Assembly (NCBI GenBank): GCA_051313645.2
Contig: JBNRSN020000002.1
Coordinates: 100,316,001 to 100,380,000 of the forward strand
Origin: Centroscyllium fabricii
Lineage: Eukaryota
Reading direction: 5' to 3'
Length of the DNA: 64,000 bases
In this document: one piece after another, positions 12,815-26,070 of the stretch
Numbering within the stretch: position 1 is the stretch's first letter
Layout of the letters: each line of letters starts with the position of its first letter
Made by a program: the position numbers and the translations under genes
The notes under the pieces: generated by a model
What the model was told of the DNA's origin: nothing
The model's database searches: none
The model's input: only the letters and a program-made list of their open reading frames with translations

Positions 12815-13330
12815 ATCCCTTCATATGATCTGTTTGACAAAACTCTATGTTATCTGACTGTTAATCCCATCCACATAGTATGCCTGATAACTGCTCGATG
12901 TCATTGTGCCCAATGCCCCACAATAGTATGCTTAGTAACCCGCCATGCTTTCGATCTGAAACTCAATTCCCACAGTATGAAGGATACCCTCCATGTCATC
13001 TGCCTGATAACCTTTCCGTGTGATCTGCTGACAGCCCTTCTACATGATCTGCTTAATAACCCCATTCACAATATGTCAAATAGCACCTCCATGTGATCGG
13101 CCTGATAACATCCCATGTGATTTGTCTGATAAGCTCTCAATGTGATCTGCTTGATATGCCTCCATATGATTTGTCAAATAGTGCTTCCATGTTTATCGAC
13201 CTGATATGTCAGGTAACCCTTCCACACGATGTGTAGGATAACACCTCCAGAATCTGAATATCCCCAATTGGATATGTGAGTAACTTAGTGTGAACTGTTT
13301 GATAGCTCTCATAAAACCTACTTAGTAACT
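12815..13330. repeat. Degenerate ~25 bp minisatellite
   Basis: Recurring unit approximately CCCTCCATGTGATCTGCCTGATAAC. Confidence 0.7.
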
Positions 13331-14233
13331 CATCCATGCAACAGCCATAATAAGCCTACTATGAGCTATAAAGGATAGAATCTTTTTCATAGCAGCTCTT
13401 TTCCCCAGTACCTATGTGCCTCACAATATAACATGTCTCATAAACATTAATAGAATATAATATGAGAAATAAATAAGTAAACATGCAGCTAAAGTAACAA
13501 CATAATAACAAACACACATCTCCCCAGGATCCTGGGAATTTAATGTTACCCCAGTGCGATGTGAGTAGCAATGTAAAAACATTAACATATAACTCTCCTA
13601 ATAATAATCTTAGATATTTATTGAAATATCCATAATTGTTTTATCCTTGTATAAAATTACTGATAGTATGGCAGAGTGGCTTAATATTAATGAGCTGAGC
13701 TGTTATCACTGGTCACTAGCAGTCTGACTCCTTCCATCGGCAGCAGCCTGTGATAACAACGCTGGTAGTCCTTCCACTAGGCTACTATTGTACCCAGAAG
13801 GAACACAGATGACTGGGAGTTTGTTATGAGAATGCAACACAGTTATGGGGTTTGGTTGACATAAATTGTTAGCAGATTGCTTGAATAGCTTATATAGTGA
13901 TCCAAACCTCAACATCATTACAGTCTTGAACAGAGATCCAGTATCTGCATTATTTTAGTGTTCCACTGGACCTCCTGCAGCATTACTCAATAGCCTGAAG
14001 ACTTTGGGCCACGTGTGCGAGAAGTGGATCTGTGTGGAGCCAGTATTGAAGCTTAGGATAAGGGTGACTGCCAAGTTTAAACTTGGCATCTGCAAGCAGC
14101 AGGGCAGGACATTGGGAAGATGGGTTGAAATAACTGTGTTCCTACCACCATTTTCCGATGTAAGGCCCTGCCAGAAATCTAGCTCTGCGTTGAGCTTTGA
14201 GCATGCCTCGGCTTTTTCAGGCAGAACCTTTAG

Positions 14234-14732
14234 GTGGGCTGGGTCTGCCCAACAGCCAGTCAAAGGATGTGGGGAGTGGGGGGTGAGGGTGGAGGGGGGG
14301 GGGGGTGGGCTGAATCTGCCCAACAGCCAGTCAAAGGATGTGGGGAGTGGGGGTGAGGGTGGGGGGGGGCTGGATCTGCCCAACAGCCAGTCAAAGGGTG
14401 TGGGTGGGGGTCGGGCTGGGTCTACCCAACAGCCAGTCAAAGGGTGTGGGGAGTGGGGGTGGGGGTCGGGCTGGGTCTGCCCAACAGCCAGTTAAAGGGT
14501 GTTGGGGTGAGGGTGGGGGGTGGGCTGGATCTGCCCAACAGCCATTCAAAGGGTGTGGGGAGTGGGGGTGGGCTGGATCTGCCCAACAGCCAGTCAAAGG
14601 GTGTGGGGAGTGGGGGTGAGGGAGGGGGTGGGCTGGATCTGCCCAACAGCCAGTCAAAGGGTGTGGGGGGGTGGGCTGGATCTCCCCAACAGCCAGTCAA
14701 AGGGTGTGGGGAGTGGGGGTGGGGGGCTGGGG
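14234..14732. repeat. G-rich minisatellite, ~45-65 bp unit, about 9 copies
   Basis: Conserved core GGGCTGGATCTGCCCAACAGCCAGTCAAAGGGTGTGGGG separated by variable G-runs. Confidence 0.9.
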
Positions 14733-17700
14733 AGAAGAATATCAGGGCCATACAATTTTCAGGATGAGAACCCATCAGAGCATTAGATTTCAATGTTATC
14801 AGGGACTGTGTTTTCCATTACTGCTGGTATGTTTTTCATAAGGCACTGTTTAGCTGGTTCCTGCATTTTGCTGTCTGGCTTCATAGCAGCTGACAGGCAA
14901 AAGGGATATTTTGAAACATTATGGCACTACTTCAATGTGATAATAAGGTCACCCAAAGAAAGAGAGGGATTTCCTTAAATAGTAATGCTCCATTGTCTAG
15001 ATATTCAACACTCCTCTATATACTATATACAAATAAAACCCTGGAGTACAGGATGTACTTTGCAGCTTTCAAAATATTTTTAGCCACATGCATGTGTAGA
15101 AAATGCTGAGTAAATTTTTAATGAGGAGCAGTACCAAATAACATTTAAAGAGCTGTCTGGAGTTTCCCAGCAGGGCTGCTTTTTCCACATTGCTCGCTGC
15201 ATAAACTGATTTTTTTTTAAAGGTTGCCTTTAAGAAGTGTCACTCCAGCCTTCAAAGAGTTAAATTTGCGCAGCTGTGCTGTAGATAATGCCGAGATGAA
15301 GGAAAGAAATGACTGAAAGGGAGAAAATGATACATTACAGATGGATACAAATAATACATCCTGCTTCATGTAAACACACAATAGCAGGTGCAGTGAATAT
15401 GAACTGCTGTGTCAGAGAAACGAATTGTGACTTGTCAGTAATGACATACTCCATCTTCTGAGAATGAAGGTAATGCCACCTGTTAGATAAGGTTGCTTGA
15501 ACAGTCCGGTATTTCTAAGCAGGAGAGCACTGGACTATCAAACCCACGGACTGAGGCGTTTAGAATCTCAGCCTTGGCCAACCATCCGTTCCTGCCTAAA
15601 CTGTCACTGGAGCAGTAGTCGTGGGTAGAGCACTGCCTAGCAGGAGAGCACAGGAAACAACACACACACACAAGCCCCCATTTGCAGAAAATGCATTCTC
15701 AATTTGCTTATTCTAAACAGCATAAACACTGGCATGGGCCAGTTGGGCCGAATGGCCAGTTTTTCTGCTGTAAATTCTATGTAATTCTACATACCTGTAT
15801 TTTTTTTAATGTAATTGAGAGCTTTGGTGGGCTTGTCACAGCCCACCCCAAAGGTGAAGGGGAAGACTGCAGTTTGTGCGGGGGGGGGGGTCGGGGGGGG
15901 TCTAATTTTAAAGAAAACACGAGTGGAAATGATTGTTGTTTATTTTTACGTTTGGAGTGAGGGAGGAGAAATAAGACCACCCTGTAGGGGAAACATAGCA
16001 GTCCAATTAGTGTCCTCAGTGCATTTCAGCTCTGATCTGGGAATAGAAGTGATTGGGAAATCTCAGTGCATTGGTGAAGGAGAGTTGCTTGAACAAAGGT
16101 TTAAAAAGAAAACATCACTTTTCCTGGTGAGAGACGTGGACTATAATTAATGACTTAAGTAGCATAACCTTTGACCTAAAGTCTCATGGATAAAGGACGC
16201 ATGTGGATGAATGAGACTACTAGTGTAGCTCAGCAGGGCTTTGTGCTCCTGTACTTGTTTAAAATAAGAATATGGAGCCTTGGTGGTATTTCAATGCAGG
16301 AGGAGGTTCTTAAAGCGTTGTTATGTCGATTCTATAAATTATCAAATTGGTTCCTTTAAATGAATGTTGTTATTATTAGGGTACCAGCTAAGTAGAGCAT
16401 TTTGTAACATCACACCATAGAGTAGACTCCTAAAAAGTTTCTCTGATCGAACATAACCTCTAATAGAACATGTACTTTTTTTATAACCAAAGCTATAACA
16501 AACAGCCCCAATTATAATATGTCCATTTTATGTGACACTTTTTTTTGTGTGGCTAGCAGAGCCTGGTTTATAAAGAGGAACACTATTAATATAAATTGTT
16601 GTTTTATTATCGTGTCTTCACACATTTTTAATATTTTACACTCCTCTTTCTGAGTGGTTTCTGATCTGTATAAAAAAAAATGCTTTGGCCGATCTCAGCT
16701 AGCCTGTGATAGAGCACCACCAGAAGGCAGAAAGGGAGGGGGAACCAGTGTGTTCTAACTCAGGGGAGAGGAGCGAGAGGAAAACTGAAGTATGACTCAT
16801 ATCAGCCTATCACTGAACAGCCGCCCCCGCCCCCTCCCCCCAAAAAAGAAGCTCGCAGCCTGCAGCATTCAACTCCCATCCACAGTACAAACTGGTAACA
16901 GGAGGAAATTGTCCTGTGTTTTTTTTTAAATCACTTTTTGATTTTAAACACTGGTTGCAACTTTCAGGAAAAAACCCATTTAAATGCAGACAGGCCTTCA
17001 ACAAGATGTATCAGTGTCTGTGGATTAGCGAACAAAGAAACAAAAAGAATGTAAAATGAAACAGGCCTCTAAAGCATGAACACAGATTAATAGCTCTAAA
17101 TTATAACGATGAATTGAAACTTTCTGAAATACAGAAGTGCAACTTAAAAGAGGTTATTAAAAAAAAGCATCATCTGAGAATAAAGATCACATTTTGTGTT
17201 GTACAATTTTTGCAATAGGAACTTCTTTTAATCATTTGTCAAATATTTTATTTTAGACCCTGCAGCCGCCCATACAGAAGCACATTAGCACAAGGCAGCC
17301 CGGGAGTGGAGTGGGCAGTGGGGGGTAAGAGGAGGGGACCTGGAAAAGGAGAACAATAACACCCAATAAAAGATTAGAATTAAAATGAGCACTAATTGAA
17401 AATGCAGAGCCTCTGAAGAAGGACAACAGTTTAATGCTTCAATCAGACCCTTCATGACAGCGAGATTAGAATATGAAGTTTTCTTTATGGGTCAAGTATA
17501 TCATACATTGTTTTAATACTATTATTGTTTTGGCATACAAAACACAATGAAGAACGTACTCTGTTTTTCCATAAATTAAAAAAAACATCAGTGTTTCATA
17601 AACCGATTAACAGTTATTCTGCTGTATATTTAGCATACTGTAATTTTAGAATAAATTACACTAAATTACATTTGGATAATTGTTTTTAGCTGAGTGCTAT

Positions 17701-18146
17701 GAATTCAGCAGTTGCTCTTTGTCCCTTCATCCCTCTCCAGCAGGCTATTGCACATGGTATGCCACAGTCCAGAGCAACACATACTGTGCTGTCTATTATA
17801 TGAGAACCAGAGCAAAGGAAGCAGTTGCTCATTCCACTCTCGTGTGTTCCAACTGAAGCCTCGTGGTAATGCTCCAAATCCAAGGCTTCTGAATTACATT
17901 CTTAAAACTCCCAATATAACAGCAACAATCAAAAATTCATGCTGAGGGTATGTCCTTTGCAGTCTTCTACAGACAAATGCACTCCATCATATGCATAAGA
18001 TACAGACTGATTGAAACAATTACAACATGGATAGAATATTTGAAAATGGCTCTGAGCTCATGAACACATTTGTATGGTTCTCAGGTACAGGACACGATTA
18101 AAATAATGATTCCATGCAAATCACATTTGCAGACTATCATGTGTCG

Positions 18147-18220
18147 GGTGAAATTCCTCCTGCTATTTTGTACTCTTGCTGACTTTTCTGCTAAAAGTAT
18201 TGCCAGGTAGAATTTTACCC
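18147..18220. mobile_element. Small MITE relic
   Basis: Terminal inverted repeat GGGTGAAATTC / GAATTTTACCC. Confidence 0.4.
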
Positions 18221-18324
18221 CTTTGGTTATTAAAGTGACGCTGTTTTTATTTTATTTAAATCCCAAACTCCGACAACCACATACAGTCTCCAGCATGGGT
18301 CAGTAATAGCAATAAGGAGTGGGA

Positions 18325-18478
18325 ATATATTTCTTAAGGCTAAAGGGATCAAGGGGTATGGGGAGAAAGCAGGGACAGGGTTCTGAATTTAGATGATCAG
18401 CCATGATCGCATTGAATGGCGGAGCAGGCTCGAGATGCCGAATGGCCTACTCCTGCTCCTATCTTCTATGTTTCTATG
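18325..18478 (+). mobile_element. CR1/HE1-type 3' tail fragment
   Basis: GATCAGCCATGATCGCATTGAATGGCGGAGCAGGCTCG...TTCTATGTTTCTATG tail. Confidence 0.75.
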
Positions 18479-18662
18479 AACCTGGCTAATTTTGCCCTCC
18501 CTGTGCGAGAGCTGCTGAGGCCAGTTATTGTGTCCTTACTGTCACTCAGTCGAGATCTGCTAACTCAGCACAGATTGAAGATCAAACCTGACACCTTGCT
18601 GGTCTGTATGGCGTAGTACCACACTGGGCAGTGCATTAATTTACTGAGCCTGCTGGGGAACT
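18479..18662 (-). mobile_element. AmnSINE2-like ancient SINE, 5' part
   Basis: Reverse complement GGCTCAG...GTGTGGTACT..GCCATACAGACCAG...CTGTGCTGAGTTAGCAGATCTC matches the recalled AmnSINE2 head; related pieces near 19220, 21025, 41370, 50250 and 51840. Confidence 0.5.
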
Positions 18663-20289
18663 CAAAGAAATTACTAAATGATGACTTTAAAACTGAGCAA
18701 CATTGAAACAAATGGCAGCTTTTTTTTAAACAGCATTGCCATACTGAAAATTGAAGGTAAGCTGCTGTGCCTACAGTTGGGATTCAATGCTGATTGTAAC
18801 AGCAACTTCCTAATGAGGATGCATTTTTAGTACAGTAGCCTTCAAGCAAAAATACACGTTACAACTCTCTTGTGCATTTTGGCAATGGTTAGACATCAGT
18901 CTATGTTTAATATTTTTTTTACCACTGGCACTATTCCCATGTTTTCTGGGTTTTGCATTTGGCCAGTGTGTGTTGGTGCGAAAGGACATCATTTAATATT
19001 CATTCATCCATATTGAAGTATACAGCAGTGCCTAGGTCCATATGCAAATTATATTATATGAATCTTGGCATACATTAATGTCTCACCCCTAATCTTCTAA
19101 CCTGAATCAGGGAGGATTAAGAGGTGCCACAAATAGGTCATGAGGCCAGTCTACCTTTCTGTTACATGTCACTATTTTTTGATATTCCTATCTTTTCCAA
19201 AACAAGAAATACAAGCTTCTCTAGTGGCTCAGTTGCCAAATGCCATATACAATGAGCTACATAAATCCCATGTTCAATCCTGTCTGTGCTGCATTAACTA
19301 ATCCCAGGCCGTTCATTAGTGAAGGAGTTATATGCTGCCTCAGTTTTGCAGGACTCGGGCCAAAGCCAGCAACCAGTTCTCACCCCTAACTGCCATCTCC
19401 AAAATGGGTAGGTTTACATTAAAAAAAAAATCATATTCATAGCACTCCTGATGGCTGCTACCAGCTGCATTTGACCCCTTCCTGCTACCTTCATGACCTC
19501 CCCCCAGCACTTGGGGGCCGCTGCTGGCAAAGCCAACAGCCTCTAATTCATGTGTTGCTTAAATTATTGAAATCATGCCCAAAGCCTTATTTTGGGCCAG
19601 CCTCGGGTCTCCCAGTTGAGTGCACACTGCCAATTCTGGGCCTGAAAACGGGAGCAGACGAATAGGTGAAATACAATGTTCACATCTTCAATATATGGTC
19701 AGAAACTTTGGGAACAGAACATTGCACATAAGAGCACCCATGACCATTTGCTACAGAATGAATTTGTAACTGCAAAGGCGTACACTGCAAAGACACCGAT
19801 TATAATTATGGATTAAAACTTCATCTATAAATCAAGGTGAGCTGGACTTAATTTCTAACATCAGCAGCTTTGCTCAGTTGGATGAAAGTGAGGGGGAAAA
19901 AATAATAATAACCCTGTCTGTAGTGACCTTTCTTTCAGCTTATTCTATTGTAATTAGGATGAACTCGTTCTTTAATTAAAAGTAGAACATGCTCCAAACA
20001 TGGTAAAGAAAGGACTACTGCTAATGCACAGAGTGTAATGAAATCAATGGTGGCATTAAAATGGAATTTTTTAGGGAGCAGCTCAATAACATGAAAAATT
20101 GTTGAAAGATCACTGATAATGGAAAAAAAACATTGAGTATTTTTCTTTGTTTAGTAAGTGGGTGTGGATCCTAAGTTTTATACAGTACATGCTTTTGGAA
20201 ACCAGAGCACAAAGTCTTTATAAAATAGGCCTAAAATTCAAAAAAGAATGTCACTCTTAATATGGAAAATGTTTTCAGAGTGCTGCACT

Positions 20290-20710
20290 ATGAACAGAAC
20301 ATGCTAAATATGCACAGCAGGTCAGTTTGTATCTCAAAGAGAAAAGATAGTGTTTGTGTTTTAGATGTAGCCCTCCCGCCCTCCTCACAACAAGATTAAA
20401 ATGTGATTTTTCTTTCCTTTAGAAGGTAAGATGTGCAATGTATTATGCCTCGTTCTTAATGTGTAATTTTTTCGTCAATCAAAATTTGACGAAAAAACAT
20501 ATTCTGTTCTTTTCAAATAAAAAAAAATCATTGTTCTATTAAGCAATTATTCTGTAACTTCAGAACGAATGACATTAATTACTTTTAGACAGTTGTTTTA
20601 CAGCTGAGTGTTCTGATGAAGGCTACGCATGAAACATTACCTTCTCTGTTTTGTAGCAGATGCCGACTGACTAGTTGTGCATTTCTGTTATTTTTTTAAA
20701 TTTCCACCAT
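20290..20710. mobile_element. Old inverted Penelope-like relic
   Basis: Degenerate inverted arms; right arm TTCTGATGAAGGCTACGCATGAAAC...CAGATGCCGACTGACT resembles 42750-42840. Confidence 0.45.
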
Positions 20711-21024
20711 TACCATTTTATAATATCTTTATTTTCAGAGTTCTCTGTTTTTAGATTTTAGCTCTTCGAAGTTTACAAGTCTTAAAAAAAAGCAGCACTC
20801 TTTGTTTTTCACACTTCTTTAGAAACATATATTTGAGGCCTTTGTTTCATTTGGTTAGTCATCCACTTCAGACCCATTAATTCATTCTCCCATTGAAAGC
20901 AATTAAAGAGCGGCATAACTCATTACAATAGGTAGGCTTCCATTCAAGCTTGCAAGATGTTTTTCACATATATTACAGTTCTTTTTATTTCCCCCCCTGC
21001 CCCCTCCCATTTATTTCCTCTCAA

Positions 21025-21278
21025 TCTCTGAAAGCACTCAGCCGTGCTGAGGTATGGTTCTTTTGACACCTGGCACCCTGTGATAACTTGCCCATGTAAG
21101 CATTCTTCACATGTGAGCCTTGACTGTGACTTCTGGCAGGTTATTCAACATGGGCAATATCATTGCTGAGCACAATCCTATTCTCACCCACTATCCGCAT
21201 CCACACACTTTCCTGCTGTATCTGACTAGCAGTCAGGAGCAAGAATGTCAGCAGATTCTTCCTTCACTGACCTAAGAA
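21025..21278 (-). mobile_element. AmnSINE2-like SINE, 3' part
   Basis: CATTCTTCACATGTGAGCC...GGCAGGTTATTC...ATCCTATTCTCACCC motifs. Confidence 0.5.
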
Positions 21279-21289
21279 AACTTGGGGAT

Positions 21290-21470
21290 TAACTTTTCTC
21301 CAACCCCACAACCCACCTGAACTCTCCGTTCCTCTGTACCTGGCCTTTGTGTGCCCCTATCCCCCCATTGGCAGTCGTGCCTTCAGCTACCCAGGCTCCA
21401 CAATCTGCAATTCCTTGCCCAAACCCTCTCCACCTCCCTCTCCCCCTGTAAGACACTTTTTAAAACACAA
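21290..21470 (+). mobile_element. L2-type LINE 3' end fragment (resumes at ~22200-22226)
   Basis: ATTGGCAGTCGTGCCTTCAGCTAC (IGSRAFSY)...AATTCCTTGCCC...TTTAAAACACA, the typical L2 C-terminal motif. Confidence 0.55.
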
Positions 21471-22198
21471 CACCCAAAATGGGCACTAATCGGGCGCTAC
21501 AGAATTAGCGCTAGCGATCGCACCTAGCGTTAAATTCAGCTGAGCGTTAAGTTGGGGGGTAACTGGTAGCGCCCCAACGAATTTAGCGCCCAGCTGGATC
21601 TCGGGAATGATGTCATCAGGTCGCACAGCACCTGGGAGGCGCCTGTGGCTGAAATTGGGCAGCGCCCGCCGATTCATTGCTGGGCGCGCCAGCTTTCTGG
21701 GGCCATAACAGCAGCGCTGGAGTGCTGCTTAAAGGGGAGTGTGGTGGTCGGCCATTTTTATTGCTGGCCGACTGCCAGCACCTTCCCCCTCGGACTCCCC
21801 CGGCCTCCCCCGCTGCTCCCCTGGCGGGGTCAGGCCTCCAGCAACTGAGCCCGGCACTTCCCTCCAGTGCCGGGCTCCTTCTCCCGATTCTGGTCCCATG
21901 GCGGCCCTGCGGAGCTCCAGCCGCAGCCGCGCTAGGCTCCTCCCCTTTAATCGGGGAGGAAGGCCTACCATACCGCGGACCGCCGCTATGTGCTCCTTGG
22001 TGCAGCGCTGCGCCCACGCCCCAATATTTGGCCACCTCACACCAAGGGCGAGGTGGCCCGCCTGATTTAGCGCCCACCCACCCATAATGGGCGATGCATG
22101 TGAATTTCTGACCTAATAGCTCCAGCAATGAGCTGGCACTAAAAATAGCGCATCGCGCAGGTCAGCGCCACAAAATGTGGGCTGACCAATTTGCCCCC
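21471..22198 (-). mobile_element. GC-rich Harbinger-like non-autonomous element (family B), one end lost
   Basis: Right end AATTTGCCCCC; AGCGC-rich; homologous in reverse orientation to 25369-26070. Confidence 0.65.
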
Positions 22199-22226
22199 AT
22201 TGCTTCGTCCAAGCTTTTGGTCACTT

Positions 22227-23464
22227 TGGATAGCATCGATTGGGGAATGTCACTCTAAGGGTTGACGGTGGATAGGCAATAGCAAACATTCAAAGACCGC
22301 ATGGATGAACTACAGAATTTGTTCATCCCAGTTTGGCATAAGAATAAAACAAAAAGGGTGACTCAACTGTGGCTCACAAGGGAAATTAAGATCCAAGGAG
22401 AGGGCATATAAATTGGCCAGAAAAAGCGGTAACCCTGATGATTGGGAGCAGTTTAGGATTCAACAAAGGAGGACAAAGGGATTAATTAAGAAGGGGAAAA
22501 TAGAATATGAAAGTAAGCTTGCAGGGAACATAAAAACTGACTGAAAGAGCTTTTATAGATACGTGAAGAGAAAAAGATTTGTGAAATCAAGTGTAGGTCC
22601 CTTGCACTCAGAAGCAGTTATAATGGGGAACAAGAAATGGCAGACCAATTAAATGCATATTTTGGTTCTGTCTTCACAAAGGAGGACAGAAATAACCTCC
22701 CAGAGATGTTAGAGAGCATAGGGTCTGATGAAAGGGAGGAATGGAAAGAAATCAGTATTTGTAGTAAAAGGGATTATGGGTTACAGGGAGCGGGCAGGAA
22801 TTTGGACATGAGTCTAGGTTTAGATCGGTCATGGACTTGTGGATAGTGGAGCGGGCCCAGGGACCGTATAGCCTGATCCTGCTCCTATTTTGTGTGTCTA
22901 ATTCTGTTCGATGCAGGAGATGCTTCTGTGATAGTAGGTTGGTTGTTAGGATCAGATCAGACATGATCTTATTGAATGGCGGAGCAGGCTCGAGGGGCCG
23001 ATTGGCCTACTCCTGCTCCTATTTCTTATGTTCTTATGTTCTTATGTACTCGCTGGAGTTTAGAAGAATGAGAGGGCATCTCATCAAAACTTATAAAATT
23101 CAGACAGGTCTGGACAAACTAGATGCAGGAAGAATGTTCCCGATGGTCGGAGAGTCCAGAACCAGGGGGCACAGTTTAAGGATAACAGGTAGGCCATTCA
23201 GGACAGAGATGAGGAAGAACCTCTTCACCCAGAGAGTGGTGAACCTGTGGAATTCTCTGCCACAGAATGTAGTTGAGGCCAAGTCATTAAATATATTCAA
23301 GAAGGAGTTAGATACAGTTCTTAGAGCTAGAGGTATCAAGCAATATGGAGAGAAGGCAAGTATGGGGTACTGAATTTGGATGATCAGCCATGATCTCATC
23401 GAATGACAGAGCAGGCTCAAGGGGCTGAATGGCCTACTCCTGTTCCTATCTTCTATGTTTCTAT
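22227..23464 (+). mobile_element. CR1 (HER1-type) LINE fragments, internal piece plus 3' ends
   Basis: ORFs MADQLNAYFGSVFTKED and YSLEFRRMRG..LWNSLP; (TTCTATGT)n-type tail. Confidence 0.85.
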
Positions 23465-24233
23465 GGGGGGGAATTTCATGTCCCCGTGAGGCGGGGTTTT
23501 CTGCGGCCCAGCCGGCAAAATAGCGGAACCGGCGGGTTGTGACCCCCTCCTCGCTGTATCCCCGCCACTTTTTCATTTTCCCCCGCCCTGATTCCCCACC
23601 CCGAAACCTTCCTGCCGGCGGCCGGCAGGGATGGGTTGTCACCTCGTTATGGGCCCTTAATTGGCATGTTTAATGCCATTTTAAGGGCCCTCAGCCATTT
23701 TGACCTGTTTCCCGCCCTAACCCCGTCACCTTAAACCCTGCTGGGTGAAGTCCAGCGGGAGCACAGCGCTGGTTATCACTTTCTCCTTCAAGGTGTGAAG
23801 GACATGCTGCCAAATACTTGGCATGCCTCCAGCACCTTCGAGGAGTAAGTTACTCCGTGCTGGCTGCAGCAGCTGTGAGCAAAAACTGAGAAATCTCAGC
23901 TCTGCACATTTCCTCACAGCCGGTGCCGAGCTGTCAAGGATTCGGAGCCCGCCCGCCCACCTGCCAGTCACCAGCACTTGACCTTTCCCATTGGTTCCAC
24001 TCAACTGTGATGTCACAGTGGAGTGTTTCCATGGGAACTGTCAACAACCAGTGCTGGAACTGTCAATCAAACTCCTCGCAGCACCAATGGAGCCCGACTC
24101 GATTGACTTAATTACCACCGCTGCCGCCGGCATGAATTGAACAACCCAGTTAAATTAAAATTGCGTGCGCTTCCCAGCTGTTTGGCCAGACCAATCCCTG
24201 CCAGGTTCCCGCCCTTCCGGCAAAGTCCCCCCC
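23465..24233 (+). mobile_element. Harbinger-like MITE family A (~770 bp)
   Basis: G-run/C-run termini GGGGGGAATTT...AAAGTCCCCCCC; close copies at 46238, 57514 and 58293. Confidence 0.75.
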
Positions 24234-25368
24234 ATGTTTCGATCTCCTTCTTTGGCACAGCATCCATTCATTTGTGAGTAAATCGTGCGGTTTTTTTAAA
24301 CTTTAAAACCAGTATATAAATATAAGTTGTTGCTTTTGCAATGTATCTGCATTTCAGATCGTCTCAGCTTGTTCTGAGATGGTTCAGATTGTCTCATTTC
24401 AGCACCATCTGGAGAGAGAAGCTCAGACCTTCCAGATCTGGATGATTCCGATCCACCTGAGAGTGTGCCTAACAACTGAGTATTTCTATACATAGACAAA
24501 ACAGCTTTAATAAGTTTTTGCAGGGAATTTCCTCAGGGCTGCTCCCACTCTGCTGCTGTAACTTTGGCAGAAATCCCGTTTACACCTAAGTGGAGTTTCT
24601 GCTGGTGATGTGGCAGCGGAGGAGAAGAAGCCTAGAGAAAATTTCCAGCATTGTTTCTTTTTTATTTGAGAAATTACTTTTCTGGGTAGAATTGTTTTCA
24701 CAATGGGTTCATGTTCTGGCATGCTATCACAGAATGTTACGTATCATGCCCTCTAGTAGTCATACATGGAAATTTCCTTATCTTAGTTGAGGCATTGTGG
24801 GGCAGAGTTGCTGCAAGTCATTTGAACACCAGGAAGGAATATTCTGCAGGTGAGTTGGCTCAGATCATTCTCACCTGCGGAGTGATCTTTTGGCTCAGTG
24901 GTAGCATTCCCGCCTCTGGGCCAGAAGGTGCAGAGTTCAAACCCCAGTCCAGACAGTCCTGGCGAGTGGAGTCAGAGCTCTGGCTTTGAATTCTGGGTTG
25001 ACAACCAGTGGGATTCTAGCATCAGGTGGGTGTGGGTGGCCCCCCTCATTGTATAGGTTGTGGGAGCCCATAACACATTCCCGCTATCACACATTGACTT
25101 CAACGGAAAAGAAAATCGGACAAGGTGTAAAACGGGCAGCCCATCCACGATCACACCTTTTTCACCTGAAAACAAATGTTAAAATTACCCGCAGCGAGAA
25201 AGTGCAAGTGATAATTTTCAGTGTGCCAACCGAGTAGCTCTATTAAAACTGGGGTGAGTTATATATCACAATATGGATTGAGAAAAAGGTGAAGAAATCA
25301 ATATGGCAGCTCAACTGAGAAATGTTTCCATTTTAACAGTATCCCTGTATTTTACAGCAAAAGACTTA

Positions 25369-26070
25369 TGGGGGGTAAAATTGGGTCGTGCACGTTTTCT
25401 GCTGGTAACCTCGGCGCAGCGCTACTTTTAGCGCCTGCCTGTTGCTGGCGCCGTTAGCGCTGAAATTCAGTTGTAGCGCCCATAGTAGGAGGTCAGGCGC
25501 TAATACAGGTGCCCAATCTCGTTCTTTAGGCGCTACAGCCGAAGTTCCGGACGCCGCGGTACTGCAGGCCTTCCTCCCCGATTAAAGGGGAGGGGCCTAG
25601 CGTGGTTTTGGCTGGAGCCCCGCGGGGCCGCCATGACGCCGAAGGAGCCTGGCACTCGAGGGAAGTGCCGGGCTCAGTGAACAGAGGCATGACACCGCGG
25701 GGGGGGGTGCGGCAGAGGGGGAAGCTGCTAGCAGTCGGCCAGCAACAAAAGTGACTGTCCCGCACCCTCCCCATTAAGTAGCGCTCCCCCGCTGCAGTAA
25801 TGACAGGATGAAGCTGTCACGGGCAGCGCCCGCCGGAAATTCAGCGGGCGCTACTCAATTTCAATCCCTGGCGCGAGAGTGGTGCTGCGCGCTCTTATGA
25901 CATCATCGCCGGCGGTGAACAGTGTGTAATATTCAGTGGGGCGCTACCGCCCACGTCAGCACCCCACTGAATATCGCGGGAGGCGGCAGCGCAGGCGCTA
26001 AGTCTCTTGCGCCCCATTAGCGCCCTCTTAGGGTGCTAACGGCAGGCGCAAGCCACCGAATTTCTCGCCC
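25369..26070 (+). mobile_element. Harbinger-like non-autonomous element family B
   Basis: Imperfect TIR GGGGGTAAAATT / AATTTCTCGCCC; flanks TAT / AAT. Confidence 0.7.

Noticed and set aside
12815-14732. Repeat arrays as CRISPR-like
   Set aside because: Vertebrate intron, no unique constant-length spacers, no cas genes
13955-14793. Overlapping Gly/Pro-rich ORFs
   Set aside because: Artefacts of the G-rich minisatellite
21486-22128. Cluster of long ORFs and apparent CpG island
   Set aside because: GC-rich MITE interior; the same holds for 25369-26070, 54086-55360 and 60100-60945
24398-24420. TTCAGCACC-ATCT-GGAGAG as RE1
   Set aside because: 4 nt spacer is disfavoured and the right half is weak
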